A stretch of DNA of 64,000 nt from an uncultured Chloroflexia bacterium (GTDB lineage: Bacteria; Chloroflexota; Limnocylindria; Limnocylindrales; CSP1-4). The position numbers and the translations under genes were made by a program. The stretch covers positions 288,001-352,000 of the forward strand of contig CAVQJC010000020.1 of assembly GCA_963712745.1 (NCBI GenBank). Reading direction: 5' to 3'. Position 1 is the stretch's first letter; each line of letters opens with the position of its first letter. The notes under the pieces are model-generated. The model saw only the letters and a program-made list of their open reading frames with translations. It was not told where the DNA came from and searched no databases. This document shows, one piece after another, positions 1 through 11,310 of this stretch.

Positions 1-252
1 CAGGCCGGCGAAGGGCGCCGAGATGAACACGAGGGCCTGGATGGCCACCACCAGTTCGAAGCTGATAGCGATGGTGACCGCCATGCCCAGGCCGACCAGG
101 GCTGCGTAGATGGCACCACGGTCAAGCACCCGACCCTCACCGGATCGGGTGCTCTGCATGGCTTCTGGTTCGAGCCCGGCATCTTCGACCGGTGCCCCGG
201 CCGGATCGACCTGGGGACCGGCCTCGTCGGTGCGAGGCCCTTGGATGGTCAA
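1..252 (-). CDS. Hypothetical membrane protein (3' end outside window)
   Basis: Hand-translated from a TTG just after the eno stop: MTIQGPRTDE...RGAIYAALVGLGMAVTIAISFELVVAIQALVFISAPFAGL. Hydrophobic segments; open to the window edge; not in the ORF track. Confidence 0.6.
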   Translation of the reverse strand, partial: MTIQGPRTDEAGPQVDPAGAPVEDAGLEPEAMQSTRSGEGRVLDRGAIYAALVGLGMAVTIAISFELVVAIQALVFISAPFAGL

Positions 253-263
253 ACGGTGTCGAC

Positions 264-2774
<2,511 letters not shown>

Positions 2775-2801
2775 GTCTGTCCTTGGTGCGCCCGGCCGCG
2801 C

Positions 2802-3809
2802 CTAGAGGCGGTCGCCCATGTACTTGACGAGGTCGGCCACGCGGCAGCTGTAGCCCCACTCGTTGTCGTACCAGGCGAGGACCTTGATGAAGTTGCCACC
2901 GAGGCTCATGGTGCTCTCGGCATCGATGATGGAGCTGCGCTCGTCACCCTTGAAGTCCATGGACACGAGCTTCTGGGTCTCGACACCGAGGATGCCCTTC
3001 ATGGGTCCGTCAGCCGCAGCCTGGAAGGCCGCGTTGAGCTCCTCGGCGCTGGCGTCCTTCTCCAGCTCGGCGGTGAAGTCGACGACCGAGACGGTAGGGG
3101 TCGGCACACGCAGGCTGAAGCCGTCGAACTTGCCCTTGAGATCGGGGATGACGAGGGCCAGGGCCTTGGCCGCGCCGGTCGTGGTGGGGATGATGTTCAG
3201 GCCGGCGGCCCGGGCGCGACGCGGATCCTTGTGGAAGACGTCGAGGACCTTCTGGTCGTTGGTGTAGCTGTGGATGGTGTTCATCAGGCCGCGCCTGATG
3301 ACCCAGTTGTCATGGACGACCTTGGCGGCCGGCGCGAGGCAATTGGTGGTGCAGCTGGCGTTGCTGACGATGTTGTGCTTGGCAGGGTCGTAGATGTCCT
3401 CGTTGACGCCCAGCACGATGGTGGCGTCCTCGTTCTTGGCGGGAGCGGAGATGAGGACCTTCTTGGCGCCACCCTCGAGGTGGCCGGCGGCCTTGGTGGC
3501 GTCGGTGAAGATGCCGGTGGACTCGATGACGATGTCGACACCGAGGTCACCCCAGGGCAGCGCGGAAGGCTCACGCTCGGTGAGGACCTTGATCTCCTTG
3601 CCGTTGACGATAAGCGAGTTCTCGGTGTGCTCGACGGTGCCGTCGAAGGCGCCGTAGGTGGAGTCACGCTGGAACAGGAGGGCGTTCAGCTCGACCGACA
3701 TGAGGTCGTTGACGGCGACGACTTCCGCGTCGGGAGTGCGCTCGATGAGTGCCTTGAGCGACTGACGGCCGATGCGGCCGAAGCCGTTGATGCCGACCCG
3801 AGTAGTCAT
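2802..3809 (-). CDS. gap: Glyceraldehyde-3-phosphate dehydrogenase, type I
   Basis: [10 protein letters not shown], active site [21 protein letters not shown]. Start placed at MTTRVG after a GGAG RBS. Confidence 0.99.
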   Translation of the reverse strand: MTTRVGINGFGRIGRQSLKALIERTPDAEVVAVNDLMSVELNALLFQRDSTYGAFDGTVEHTENSLIVNGKEIKVLTEREPSALPWGDLGVDIVIESTGIFTDATKAAGHLEGGAKKVLISAPAKNEDATIVLGVNEDIYDPAKHNIVSNASCTTNCLAPAAKVVHDNWVIRRGLMNTIHSYTNDQKVLDVFHKDPRRARAAGLNIIPTTTGAAKALALVIPDLKGKFDGFSLRVPTPTVSVVDFTAELEKDASAEELNAAFQAAADGPMKGILGVETQKLVSMDFKGDERSSIIDAESTMSLGGNFIKVLAWYDNEWGYSCRVADLVKYMGDRL

Positions 3810-3975
3810 GGATGGGACTCCTTGCTTCACGCTACGCCTTGCCCAGTCGATCGCCGGGGAGCGAGCAGTTCATCTGGTGGACAGTCAGTTAGGCCGAGCG
3901 CGCACGCGCTCGCGGTTCCTGACGCTATGTGGTGGTGCGCCCGCCGACACTGCGGTCGCCCCACGATGGTCGCCT

Positions 3976-4995
3976 CTAGCGGACCAACTCCGGCAGGGCC
4001 GATGCGACGAGAGGGACCGTGCCGATAAGCCCGACGTCATCGCCGAGGGCTGCCTGCACGATGCGCACCCGTTGAGCCTGGGTCCGGAACGCGGACTCGG
4101 CCACGGCCGTCCGTGCCGGGGCGATCAAGCGCTCCCCCCACGCGAGCGTGATGCCGCCACCAAGGATGACCACGTCCGGGCCGAAGACGTTGACGATGGA
4201 GACCACCGCCACGGCCACGGCTCGCCGAGCACGATCGATTATGACGCCTGCGGCCGGATCACCCAAGTCGGCCGCCCGAGAGACGTGGACCGCGGCCAAC
4301 GGCGCCGGCGCGATCTCGGCCACGATGCGCCGCAGCTCGGGGGCCTCGGCGCCGCTCTCGAGGGCGGCCCAGGCGCTGGACACGATGCCGGTCCCGCTGG
4401 CCAGGGCTTCCAGGTGGCCGATGCCGCCGCAGCCACAGCTGGGGCCATCCATGTCGACGGTCATGTGTCCGAGCTCGCCAGCCACCCCGTCCGGACCCAC
4501 CACCGGTCGCCCTCCGGAGATGGCTGCGCCGCCAACGCCGGTGGAGATGGTCAGGTAGATGAGGTCGTCCGAGCCTTCGCCCGCACCGAAGTCGCGCTCA
4601 CCGAGGATGTTGACGTTGGTGTCCTTGTCCATGGCCCAGGGCAGGGCCAGGGCCTCCCCCAGCGCCGGTGCCAGAGCGAAGCCCCACCACGAGCCACGGA
4701 GATTGGGTGGATCGATGAACGCGCCGGAGGTGGTGTCGATGGGGCCGGGCGCGGCGATGCCGATCGCTACCGGCTCCTGCCCCCCGGCTGCGAGGTGCTC
4801 GGTGCGTGCGGTCCGCAGTAGCCCCAGGCAGTAGGCCACGACGGCATCGCGGCCGTCGGCCATGGGCGTGGAGCCGGCGCGGCGCACGACCAGCTCGCCG
4901 TCGGGCGTGACCACGGCTGCGCGAGCGTTCGTGCCGCCAAGGTCGAGCGCGAGGACGGGCCCCGCCAGCCGGGCCCGGGGATGGGTCGTGGGCAT
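3976..4995 (-). CDS. ROK family sugar kinase (glucokinase-like)
   Basis: LDLGGT, STGVGG and GELGH...CGCGGIGHLEALASG ROK zinc motif. Confidence 0.93.
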   Translation of the reverse strand: MPTTHPRARLAGPVLALDLGGTNARAAVVTPDGELVVRRAGSTPMADGRDAVVAYCLGLLRTARTEHLAAGGQEPVAIGIAAPGPIDTTSGAFIDPPNLRGSWWGFALAPALGEALALPWAMDKDTNVNILGERDFGAGEGSDDLIYLTISTGVGGAAISGGRPVVGPDGVAGELGHMTVDMDGPSCGCGGIGHLEALASGTGIVSSAWAALESGAEAPELRRIVAEIAPAPLAAVHVSRAADLGDPAAGVIIDRARRAVAVAVVSIVNVFGPDVVILGGGITLAWGERLIAPARTAVAESAFRTQAQRVRIVQAALGDDVGLIGTVPLVASALPELVR

Positions 4996-5041
4996 CTGGT
5001 CTCTCGTGGTCGGTGGGTCGACACCAGTCTAGAGACAGCAA

Positions 5042-5070
5042 GTGACCCCGGTCGCATCGACCGGGGTCAC
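5042..5070 (-). terminator. Stem-loop, probable intrinsic terminator of the DUF5679 gene
   Basis: Perfect 13-bp inverted repeat GTGACCCCGGTCG-cat-CGACCGGGGTCAC about 20 nt after the stop at 5093, followed by TTGCTGTCTCT on the minus strand. Confidence 0.7.
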
Positions 5071-5092
5071 CGTCTGCGTCAGAGCGTTGAGC

Positions 5093-5233
5093 TCAGCCGC
5101 CGATGCGGAAGACGCTGCCCCCACACTTGGGGCAGGTGCCCTTGGTCGCGGGCTTGCCGTTCTTCATGGTGATCTTCTGCGGGTTCTGGATCTCGACCTT
5201 CTGCTTGTCCTTGACGCAATATGCCTCGGCCAT
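5093..5233 (-). CDS. Small DUF5679-like zinc-ribbon protein (46 aa)
   Basis: Hand translation MAEAYCVKDKQKVEIQNPQKITMKNGKPATKGTCPKCGGSVFRIGG with an AGGAGG RBS; below the ORF-track cutoff. Confidence 0.88.
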   Translation of the reverse strand: MAEAYCVKDKQKVEIQNPQKITMKNGKPATKGTCPKCGGSVFRIGG

Positions 5234-5344
5234 CCCGTTCCTCCTATCCCTCCGAGCGTGAGGTTGAGCTCGGTACCGTTTCGGGCCCCGATCACTTGTC
5301 GGGCCTCGCTGGTCAGCAGCACGGTGCCTGTAATCTTGACCGTA

Positions 5345-6202
5345 CTAGGTTGCCAAATCTGGCGCCCAGTGTGAGGGACGCCAGTGCTTCTCGCCTGAAC
5401 GAACCTGCTGCTCGTCCATCTTGGCGAGCACATGCAGGGCCTCCAGGCCCGTCTCGATGAGGCCCGCCTCAGCTGCCTCCTTCTGTTCCCCCACCACGGC
5501 CACGCCCTTGATGCGCTGCGCGAACGCGGTGCATACGACCCCAGCGCGGCATCCGGCAAGTCGGGCCAGGATGAGCACCGCCGAGGCCTCCATCTCGAAG
5601 TTGACCACGCCCTGCCGGGCCATGCGTTCGGCCAGATCCGGATAGCGCGGCGGCAGCTGCGGGTGTGGTCGGCCCTGGCCAGCATAGAAGCTCGGTGAGG
5701 TCGCCGTGATGCCCAGGTGGGCGGGGACGCCCGTCCGATGCGCAGCCTCGACCAAGGCCGCCACGGCCCTGTAGTCGGCTACGGCGGGAAAGCCGTCCTC
5801 GACGTAGAAGGCGGTGGTGTTCTCGAGCCGGACGGCTCCGGTCGTGATCACCAGGTCGCCGAGCGCGATGTCTTCTCGCAGCACGCCAGAGGAGCCGATA
5901 CGGATGAACGTCGGCTTGCGCTCGGCGATGGCGAGGATCTCGGCGATGACGATCTCGACGTTGTCGGTGCCGATGCCGGTCGCCACCACCGAGAGACGCA
6001 GGCCCTTGTGCAGGCCCGTGACGGAGTTGAACTCGCGATGCTGCCGGTGGACCTCCACGGCGTCCAGCATGTCCGCGATGTGATCGGTGCGGTCGGGGTC
6101 GCCGGGGAGAAGGATGTAGTCGGCGATCTCGCCGGGGGCAAGGTCGATGTGATACTGGCGACCTTCGTCGCTCGGCGATACCTGCGGGATCGCGTTGAGC
6201 AC
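5345..6202 (-). CDS. udp: Uridine/nucleoside phosphorylase (PNP_UDP_1 family)
   Basis: QYHI, LLPGDPDR, HREF, TGIG, IRIGSSG, FYAGQGR and NFEMEAS motifs. Confidence 0.88.
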   Translation of the reverse strand: MLNAIPQVSPSDEGRQYHIDLAPGEIADYILLPGDPDRTDHIADMLDAVEVHRQHREFNSVTGLHKGLRLSVVATGIGTDNVEIVIAEILAIAERKPTFIRIGSSGVLREDIALGDLVITTGAVRLENTTAFYVEDGFPAVADYRAVAALVEAAHRTGVPAHLGITATSPSFYAGQGRPHPQLPPRYPDLAERMARQGVVNFEMEASAVLILARLAGCRAGVVCTAFAQRIKGVAVVGEQKEAAEAGLIETGLEALHVLAKMDEQQVRSGEKHWRPSHWAPDLAT

Positions 6203-6335
6203 ATCGACTCCCTATCTCCCACCTCGGCCGGCGCGAGGGCTGCGCGGAACGATAGTCACCGTGGAGCGGGTCTGCAAGCCGATTCCGTCAGGCTCGGCCC
6301 ACGCCTGTGGTCCGGGGAGCGCCTACGATGGGGTC

Positions 6336-6923
6336 ATGAGCGACGCCAAGGCCACGGTTACCGCCATCTTCGACGAGCACCTGGAGGTGGCCGCGGCGTC
6401 CCGATCGGCGCTGATCCCGGCAGTCGAGCAGCTGGCGGCACAGCTCATCGAGGCCTTCGAGGGCGAGGGGCGCCTGTTCGTCTTCGGCAATGGTGGCAGC
6501 GCAGCGGATGCCCAGCATTTCGCCGGCGAGCTGACCGGTCACTTCAGGCGCCACCGGCGGGCCCTGCCGGCACTGGCGCTGACCACGGATACGTCGGTCC
6601 TCACGGCCACGGCCAACGACTACCACTTCGAGGACGTCTTCGCCCGCCAGGTGGAGGCGCACTGCCGCCCCGGAGACGTGGTCGTGGGCATCAGCACCTC
6701 GGGCGAGGCCGAGAACGTGGTGCGTGCGATCGCTGTGGCGCGACGGCTCGGGGCGAGCACGTGGGCCCTCACCGGAGCGACCGGCGGACGCCTCGCGGGT
6801 GCCGCAGAGCACGTGGTGCGGGTGCCCTCAGACCGGACGGCACGCATCCAGGAGATGCATATCACCGTCATCCACGCGGCCTCGGAGCTGGTGGACGCAC
6901 ACGTGGCCCTGGAGAACCGATAG
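6336..6923 (+). CDS. gmhA: SIS-domain phosphoheptose isomerase (GmhA/DiaA family)
   Basis: FGNGGSAADAQHFAGEL, TATANDY, FARQVEA, GISTSG and RIQEMH motifs. Confidence 0.88.
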   Translation: MSDAKATVTAIFDEHLEVAAASRSALIPAVEQLAAQLIEAFEGEGRLFVFGNGGSAADAQHFAGELTGHFRRHRRALPALALTTDTSVLTATANDYHFEDVFARQVEAHCRPGDVVVGISTSGEAENVVRAIAVARRLGASTWALTGATGGRLAGAAEHVVRVPSDRTARIQEMHITVIHAASELVDAHVALENR

Positions 6924-6941
6924 CCGTCCTCCAGGCCTCTC

Positions 6942-7751
6942 TCAGCCGGCGGCGGTCGCGGCGTCCATGACGCCCTGCTCACGGGCACCGACCATGTACT
7001 CGACCACCTCGGTCGTGTTGGTGTCGGCGCTGGGCATCTCGGCGACCTTGCGACCACGATGCATGATCACGATGCGGTCGGTAGCGGCGAAGACGTCGGG
7101 CAGCGTGTGCGAGATGAAGATGACCGGGACACCTTGTGACTTGAGCGTGGCGATGAGTTCCATGACCTTGCGTTGCTCGGGCACGCCCAGGTTGTTGGTG
7201 GGTTCATCCATGATCATCATGCGCGCGTTCCAGTAGATGGCTCGAGCGATGGCCACCGCCTGTCGCTGACCGCCGGAAAGCTTCTCGATCTCCTTGCGCA
7301 TCTGCGGGATCTGGATGCCAAGGCTGTCGAGGATCCCCGACGATTCGTTGACCATCTGCTTCTCGTCGAGGGTACGCACGACGCCGCCCAGGTATCGCCG
7401 CTTGATCTCGCGGCCCAGGAAGATGTTGGCGCTCACATCGAGATTGCCGGCCAGGGCGAGGTCCTGGTAGATGGTCTCGATACCGGCCTCGCGAGCGTCG
7501 ATCGGTCGCGCGAAGTGGACCTGCTTGCCCTCGAAGAAGATGCGGCCGCCATCGGGATGATGGACACCCGAGACGCACTTGATGAGCGTGGACTTGCCGG
7601 CGCCGTTGTCGCCCACGAGGCCGACGACCTCGCCTGGGTAGATGTCGAGGCTGACATCGTCGACGGCGGTCAAGCCGCCGAAGCGCTTGAGCAGGTGGCG
7701 GATCGAGAGGATGGGCTCGCTGGACATGGTCGTGCCCTGCTCGTCGCTCAT
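6942..7751 (-). CDS. Sugar ABC transporter ATP-binding protein (single NBD)
   Basis: Walker A GDNGAGKST, signature LSGGQRQ, Walker B IMDEPT, ISH switch; reading frame intact. Confidence 0.95.
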   Translation of the reverse strand: MSDEQGTTMSSEPILSIRHLLKRFGGLTAVDDVSLDIYPGEVVGLVGDNGAGKSTLIKCVSGVHHPDGGRIFFEGKQVHFARPIDAREAGIETIYQDLALAGNLDVSANIFLGREIKRRYLGGVVRTLDEKQMVNESSGILDSLGIQIPQMRKEIEKLSGGQRQAVAIARAIYWNARMMIMDEPTNNLGVPEQRKVMELIATLKSQGVPVIFISHTLPDVFAATDRIVIMHRGRKVAEMPSADTNTTEVVEYMVGAREQGVMDAATAAG

Positions 7752-8888
7752 TGGCTCTCCGCCCTTCCCGCCACGAGGTCGCGTGCCTGGTCGATGAGCA
7801 CGGCCATGATGACCACGATACCGATGATGATGAACTGCAGGAACGGGTCGACCTGCAGCATGATGAGGCCGGTTACGAGGATGGCGATGATGAGCGCCCC
7901 GATGACCGTGCCCATGATGTTGCCGCGGCCACCGTACATGCTCACGCCACCGATGATCACAGCCGCGATGCTGTTGAGCAGCAGTGGCTCACCGGCGATC
8001 GACGAGCCGCCCGTGAAGCGGGCCGTGTACGAAGGATGCCGGCCAGGCCGGCCGTGAAGGCCGACAGCGTGAAGATCAGGATGGTCTGGCGATCGGCTGG
8101 GACACCGGCGCGAACCGAGGCCTCGCGGTTGCCACCGATGGCAAAGGTGTGGCGCCCGAACTGCGTCTTGTGCAGCAGGAACACCGCGATGACCACGGTG
8201 ATGGCGGTGACGACGACGGGCCACGAGAAGACCCGGTCCATGCTGCGCAGCGCTTCGCCGGTGACGTCCGGCTTGTGCAGGAACGAGATGCCGCCACCAT
8301 CGCCCGGGCATCCAGTACATGAGCGACTCGTTACCGAGGTCGCGCATCTCCTGCGGCAGTCCGCCGATGGTCCTGCCGTTCGGAGATCATGAGCGCGGCG
8401 CCACGCGCCACGAAGGCCATGCCCAGGGTCACGATGAAGCTGGGCACGCGGAGCTTGGCGATGATGATCCCGCTGACAAGACCGACGGAGGATGCCGCCG
8501 ACCAGCGCGATGCCGAAGCCGATGCCGATGGCCGGGAACTCGCCGATGCCGGCATCGACGAGCAGCAGAGTGGACCTGGCCGAGACGACCGACGACAGGC
8601 CCATCACCCAGCCGACGGAGAGGTCGATGCCACCGGAGATGATGACGAACGTCTGGCCCAGGCCGAGCAGCAGCACGGGGACGATGGTGTTGAGGATGGA
8701 CTGGATGTTGCGCAGGTTCAGGAAGAAGACTTCGCCGTCGGTCCGGGCGTAGACGCTGATGGTGAAGAAGATGATCAGCCCGAGCGAGGAATACCCATGC
8801 CCACGCACGGCTGATCGCCCAGCACGATCCGCTTGCGCCTCTCGAGGCGCGGCTCGGTCGCTGGGGCCTGGGTCTCAGGATCGGTCAC
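7748..8888 (-). pseudogene. Ribose-type sugar ABC permease, multiply frameshifted (pseudogene or assembly indels)
   Basis: RbsC-like motifs lie in different frames: GQTFVIISGGIDLSVG; LRVPSFIVTLG; FGRHTFAIGGNREAS; SIAAVIIGGVSMYGGRG. GTG start after GGAG at about 8888. Confidence 0.85.
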
Positions 8889-8906
8889 GGCCAGGTCCTC
8901 TCCAAG

Positions 8907-8941
8907 AAGCGTGAGGTGCCCTCGCGGGGCACCTCACGCTT
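8907..8941. terminator. Intercistronic stem-loop between the binding-protein and permease genes
   Basis: 15-bp perfect stem AAGCGTGAGGTGCCC-tcgcg-GGGCACCTCACGCTT. Confidence 0.7.
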
Positions 8942-8979
8942 GATTCGACGCTAGGCCATCGAGGCCAGCGAGTGGGTGG

Positions 8980-9967
8980 CTAGTCGACCTGGTAGATGAA
9001 GCGCGCGTACCTCGGGATCATCGACGTTGTCGGCGTTGATGATGGCGAAGCCGGTGGTCACGTGCTTCGGCAGGCTGGTCACGCCGGCCGCATCAGCCAT
9101 GGCGAAGGCCACGCCCAGGTAGCCCATGTCGGCGGGCTTCTGCGCGAGGACCATCGTGACATCGCCGTTTCTCAGCAGCTCGATGGCGCGCGTGGTGGCG
9201 TCATAGGCTGCGATCTGGACCTCGCCGCGCGAGGCCGGCGTTCTGGACGGACTGGGCCGGCGCCCTGGGCGCTGAAGACGTTGACGCCGAAGATGCCGGC
9301 CAGGTCGGGATGGAGCTGCAGGACCGCGTCGGTCTGCTGGACCGCGATGGCCTCGACGTCCTCGTTGTACTCCTCGCCCACGATCTCGATGTCGGGATAC
9401 GTATCGAGGACCTCGCGGCAGCCGATGCTGCGGTCAGCGGTGGAGCTGGCGTCGGGGTTGGTGTTCTGGATGTAGACCTTGCCGGCACCGCCGATGGCAT
9501 CGGCGATGGCCTGGCAGGCGATGCGCCCGCCTTCCTGGTTGTCCGAGCCGATATACGAGATGGGGAAGGTCACCGGGCCGTCGATGTAGTCGCCGTCACC
9601 GAGGAAGGTGTCGACGGTGACGATCTTGGTGCCCTGGTCCAGCGCCTCCTGCAGCGGAGCGATCATCTCCTCGTTGCTCACCGGAGCGGTGATGAGGTAG
9701 TCCAGGTTGCCCTGGCCCTTGAGCGCATCGAGGATGGGGTTCTGGGCCGACGTGCCCCAGGTGTCGGGGTACTGGGCGACCTGGATATCGAGCGCCGAAG
9801 TCCTCGCCCGCCTTGACGATGCCCTTCTCCATGACCTGGTAGAAGGAATCCAGGATGCCGGGAAGGAAGGCGATGTTGGGCTTCTCGTCGTCCTGGGCGG
9901 CGGCCGCCGCCGGCAGCATCGCCGCGGTCAGCAGGGCGACGGACGTGATGGTGAGCAATCGCTTCAC
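8980..9967 (-). pseudogene. Sugar ABC substrate-binding protein (RbsB-like), multiply frameshifted
   Basis: GAGGAGG RBS and GTG start, signal peptide KRLLTITSVALLTAAMLPAAAAAQ, then DSFYQVMEKG / IVTVD...YIGSDNQEGG / QKPADMGYLGV in different frames; probable end ...FIYQVD*. Confidence 0.85.
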
Positions 9968-10176
9968 GTAGTTCCTCCTCACGAGGGTCAGTAGGTGTCG
10001 GATGGCGCAGAGATCGACGACGTCCTAGGCGGAAGGCGGCCTCCTCTCGACTACTCCCTGCCGGCGCGGGCCTCCCTGCCCGTGTCGGCATTCGCATCTC
10101 GTGCGCCTCTCGGCAACCGTTCCTAGCAGGCGGCGGTCCTGGAGCACGTTGCGTCTTGACACATGGTGGCTCAGGA

Positions 10177-10213
10177 TGACACCGTTGTCAACGCGCCGAT
10201 GACATCGTTTGCA
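10177..10213. promoter_or_regulatory. Two LacI-family operator-like palindromes
   Basis: TGACACCGTTGTCA (10177-10190) and TGACATCGTTTGCA (10200-10213), each with a central CG, between the divergent SBP and LacI genes. Confidence 0.7.
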
Positions 10214-10266
10214 CCAATCCCGAGCATACGCCTCGAGCAGTGCGTGGACAGGGCCAGGAGGACGCA

Positions 10267-11310
10267 GTGAACCCAGCCGATGGGACTGGTGGCGCGAGGG
10301 GCGGACGAGCACTCGACCGCCCCACGGTGCGTGATGTGGCAGAGGTCGCCGGGGTCAGCTTCAAGACGGTCTCTCGCGTCATCAACAGCGAGCCAGGCGT
10401 GCGTCCCGAGACGGCCGCAAGAGTCATGGCGGCCATCCGTGATCTCGGCTTCCGTCCCAATGTCATGGCCGCGGATTTCGCCCGCGGTGGCAGCCGCAAT
10501 CAGATCGGCCTGGTCATCGACGACATCTCCAACCCGTTCTGGGCGGTGCTCACCCGCGCCATCGAGGACGCAGCCGCGGCCCGCGACCGGCAGGTCATCA
10601 TCGCCAGCTCCGACTTCCGACCCGAGCGCGAGCACCGCATCATCGACTCGCTCGTGGCACAGCGCCTGGGGGGCCTGCTCATCGTGCCGGTCGGAGAGGA
10701 CCACAGCTACCTCGCCCGCGAGATGGAGCTGGGAACGCCCATCGTCTTCCTCGACCGACCGCAGCAGAAGCTGCAGGCCGACACCATCACGCTCGACGAC
10801 TACGGGGGCGCCCGCTCCGCCACCGAGCATCTCCTAGCCCACGGGCACCGTCGTATCGCACTCCTGGCCCAGTCGCTGCGCATCTACACGATGCGCGAAC
10901 GCTTCCGTGGCTACCGCGATTCCTTGAGCGAGGCCGGCATCGATATCGACCCCACCCTCGAAGCTACCGCCGAGACCGTGGAGGAGGCGCGGGCAGCCAC
11001 CAGCCGGCTGTTGGGCAGCGAGTCACCGCCGACCGCCATCTTCTGTGCCAACAACCGCATGAGCGTCGGCGCGGTCGGGGCGCTCGGCCAGCGGCGCACG
11101 CGCGTGGCCGTCGTCGGCTTCGACGACATCGAGCTGGCCGAGGCCCTCGCTGTGCCGCTGACGGTAGTGCGCACGGACGCGGCCGAGCTTGGTCGGAAGG
11201 GTGCGGAGTTGCTTCTCAGGCGCATGGACGGATGGGCCGAATCGCCGCAGGCTATCGTCCTGCCGACCGTGCTGGTGCCCCGGGGCTCAGGTGAGATCGG
11301 GCCTCCCTAG
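10267..11310 (+). CDS. LacI family transcriptional regulator
   Basis: [41 protein letters not shown]; AGGAGG RBS before the GTG. Confidence 0.96.
   Translation: MNPADGTGGARGGRALDRPTVRDVAEVAGVSFKTVSRVINSEPGVRPETAARVMAAIRDLGFRPNVMAADFARGGSRNQIGLVIDDISNPFWAVLTRAIEDAAAARDRQVIIASSDFRPEREHRIIDSLVAQRLGGLLIVPVGEDHSYLAREMELGTPIVFLDRPQQKLQADTITLDDYGGARSATEHLLAHGHRRIALLAQSLRIYTMRERFRGYRDSLSEAGIDIDPTLEATAETVEEARAATSRLLGSESPPTAIFCANNRMSVGAVGALGQRRTRVAVVGFDDIELAEALAVPLTVVRTDAAELGRKGAELLLRRMDGWAESPQAIVLPTVLVPRGSGEIGPP

Noticed and set aside
11252-11310. 59-nt convergent overlap of lacI and the lamin-tail gene as antisense regulation
   Set aside because: Short tail overlaps are common in GC-rich genomes, and the overlapping residues are low-information.
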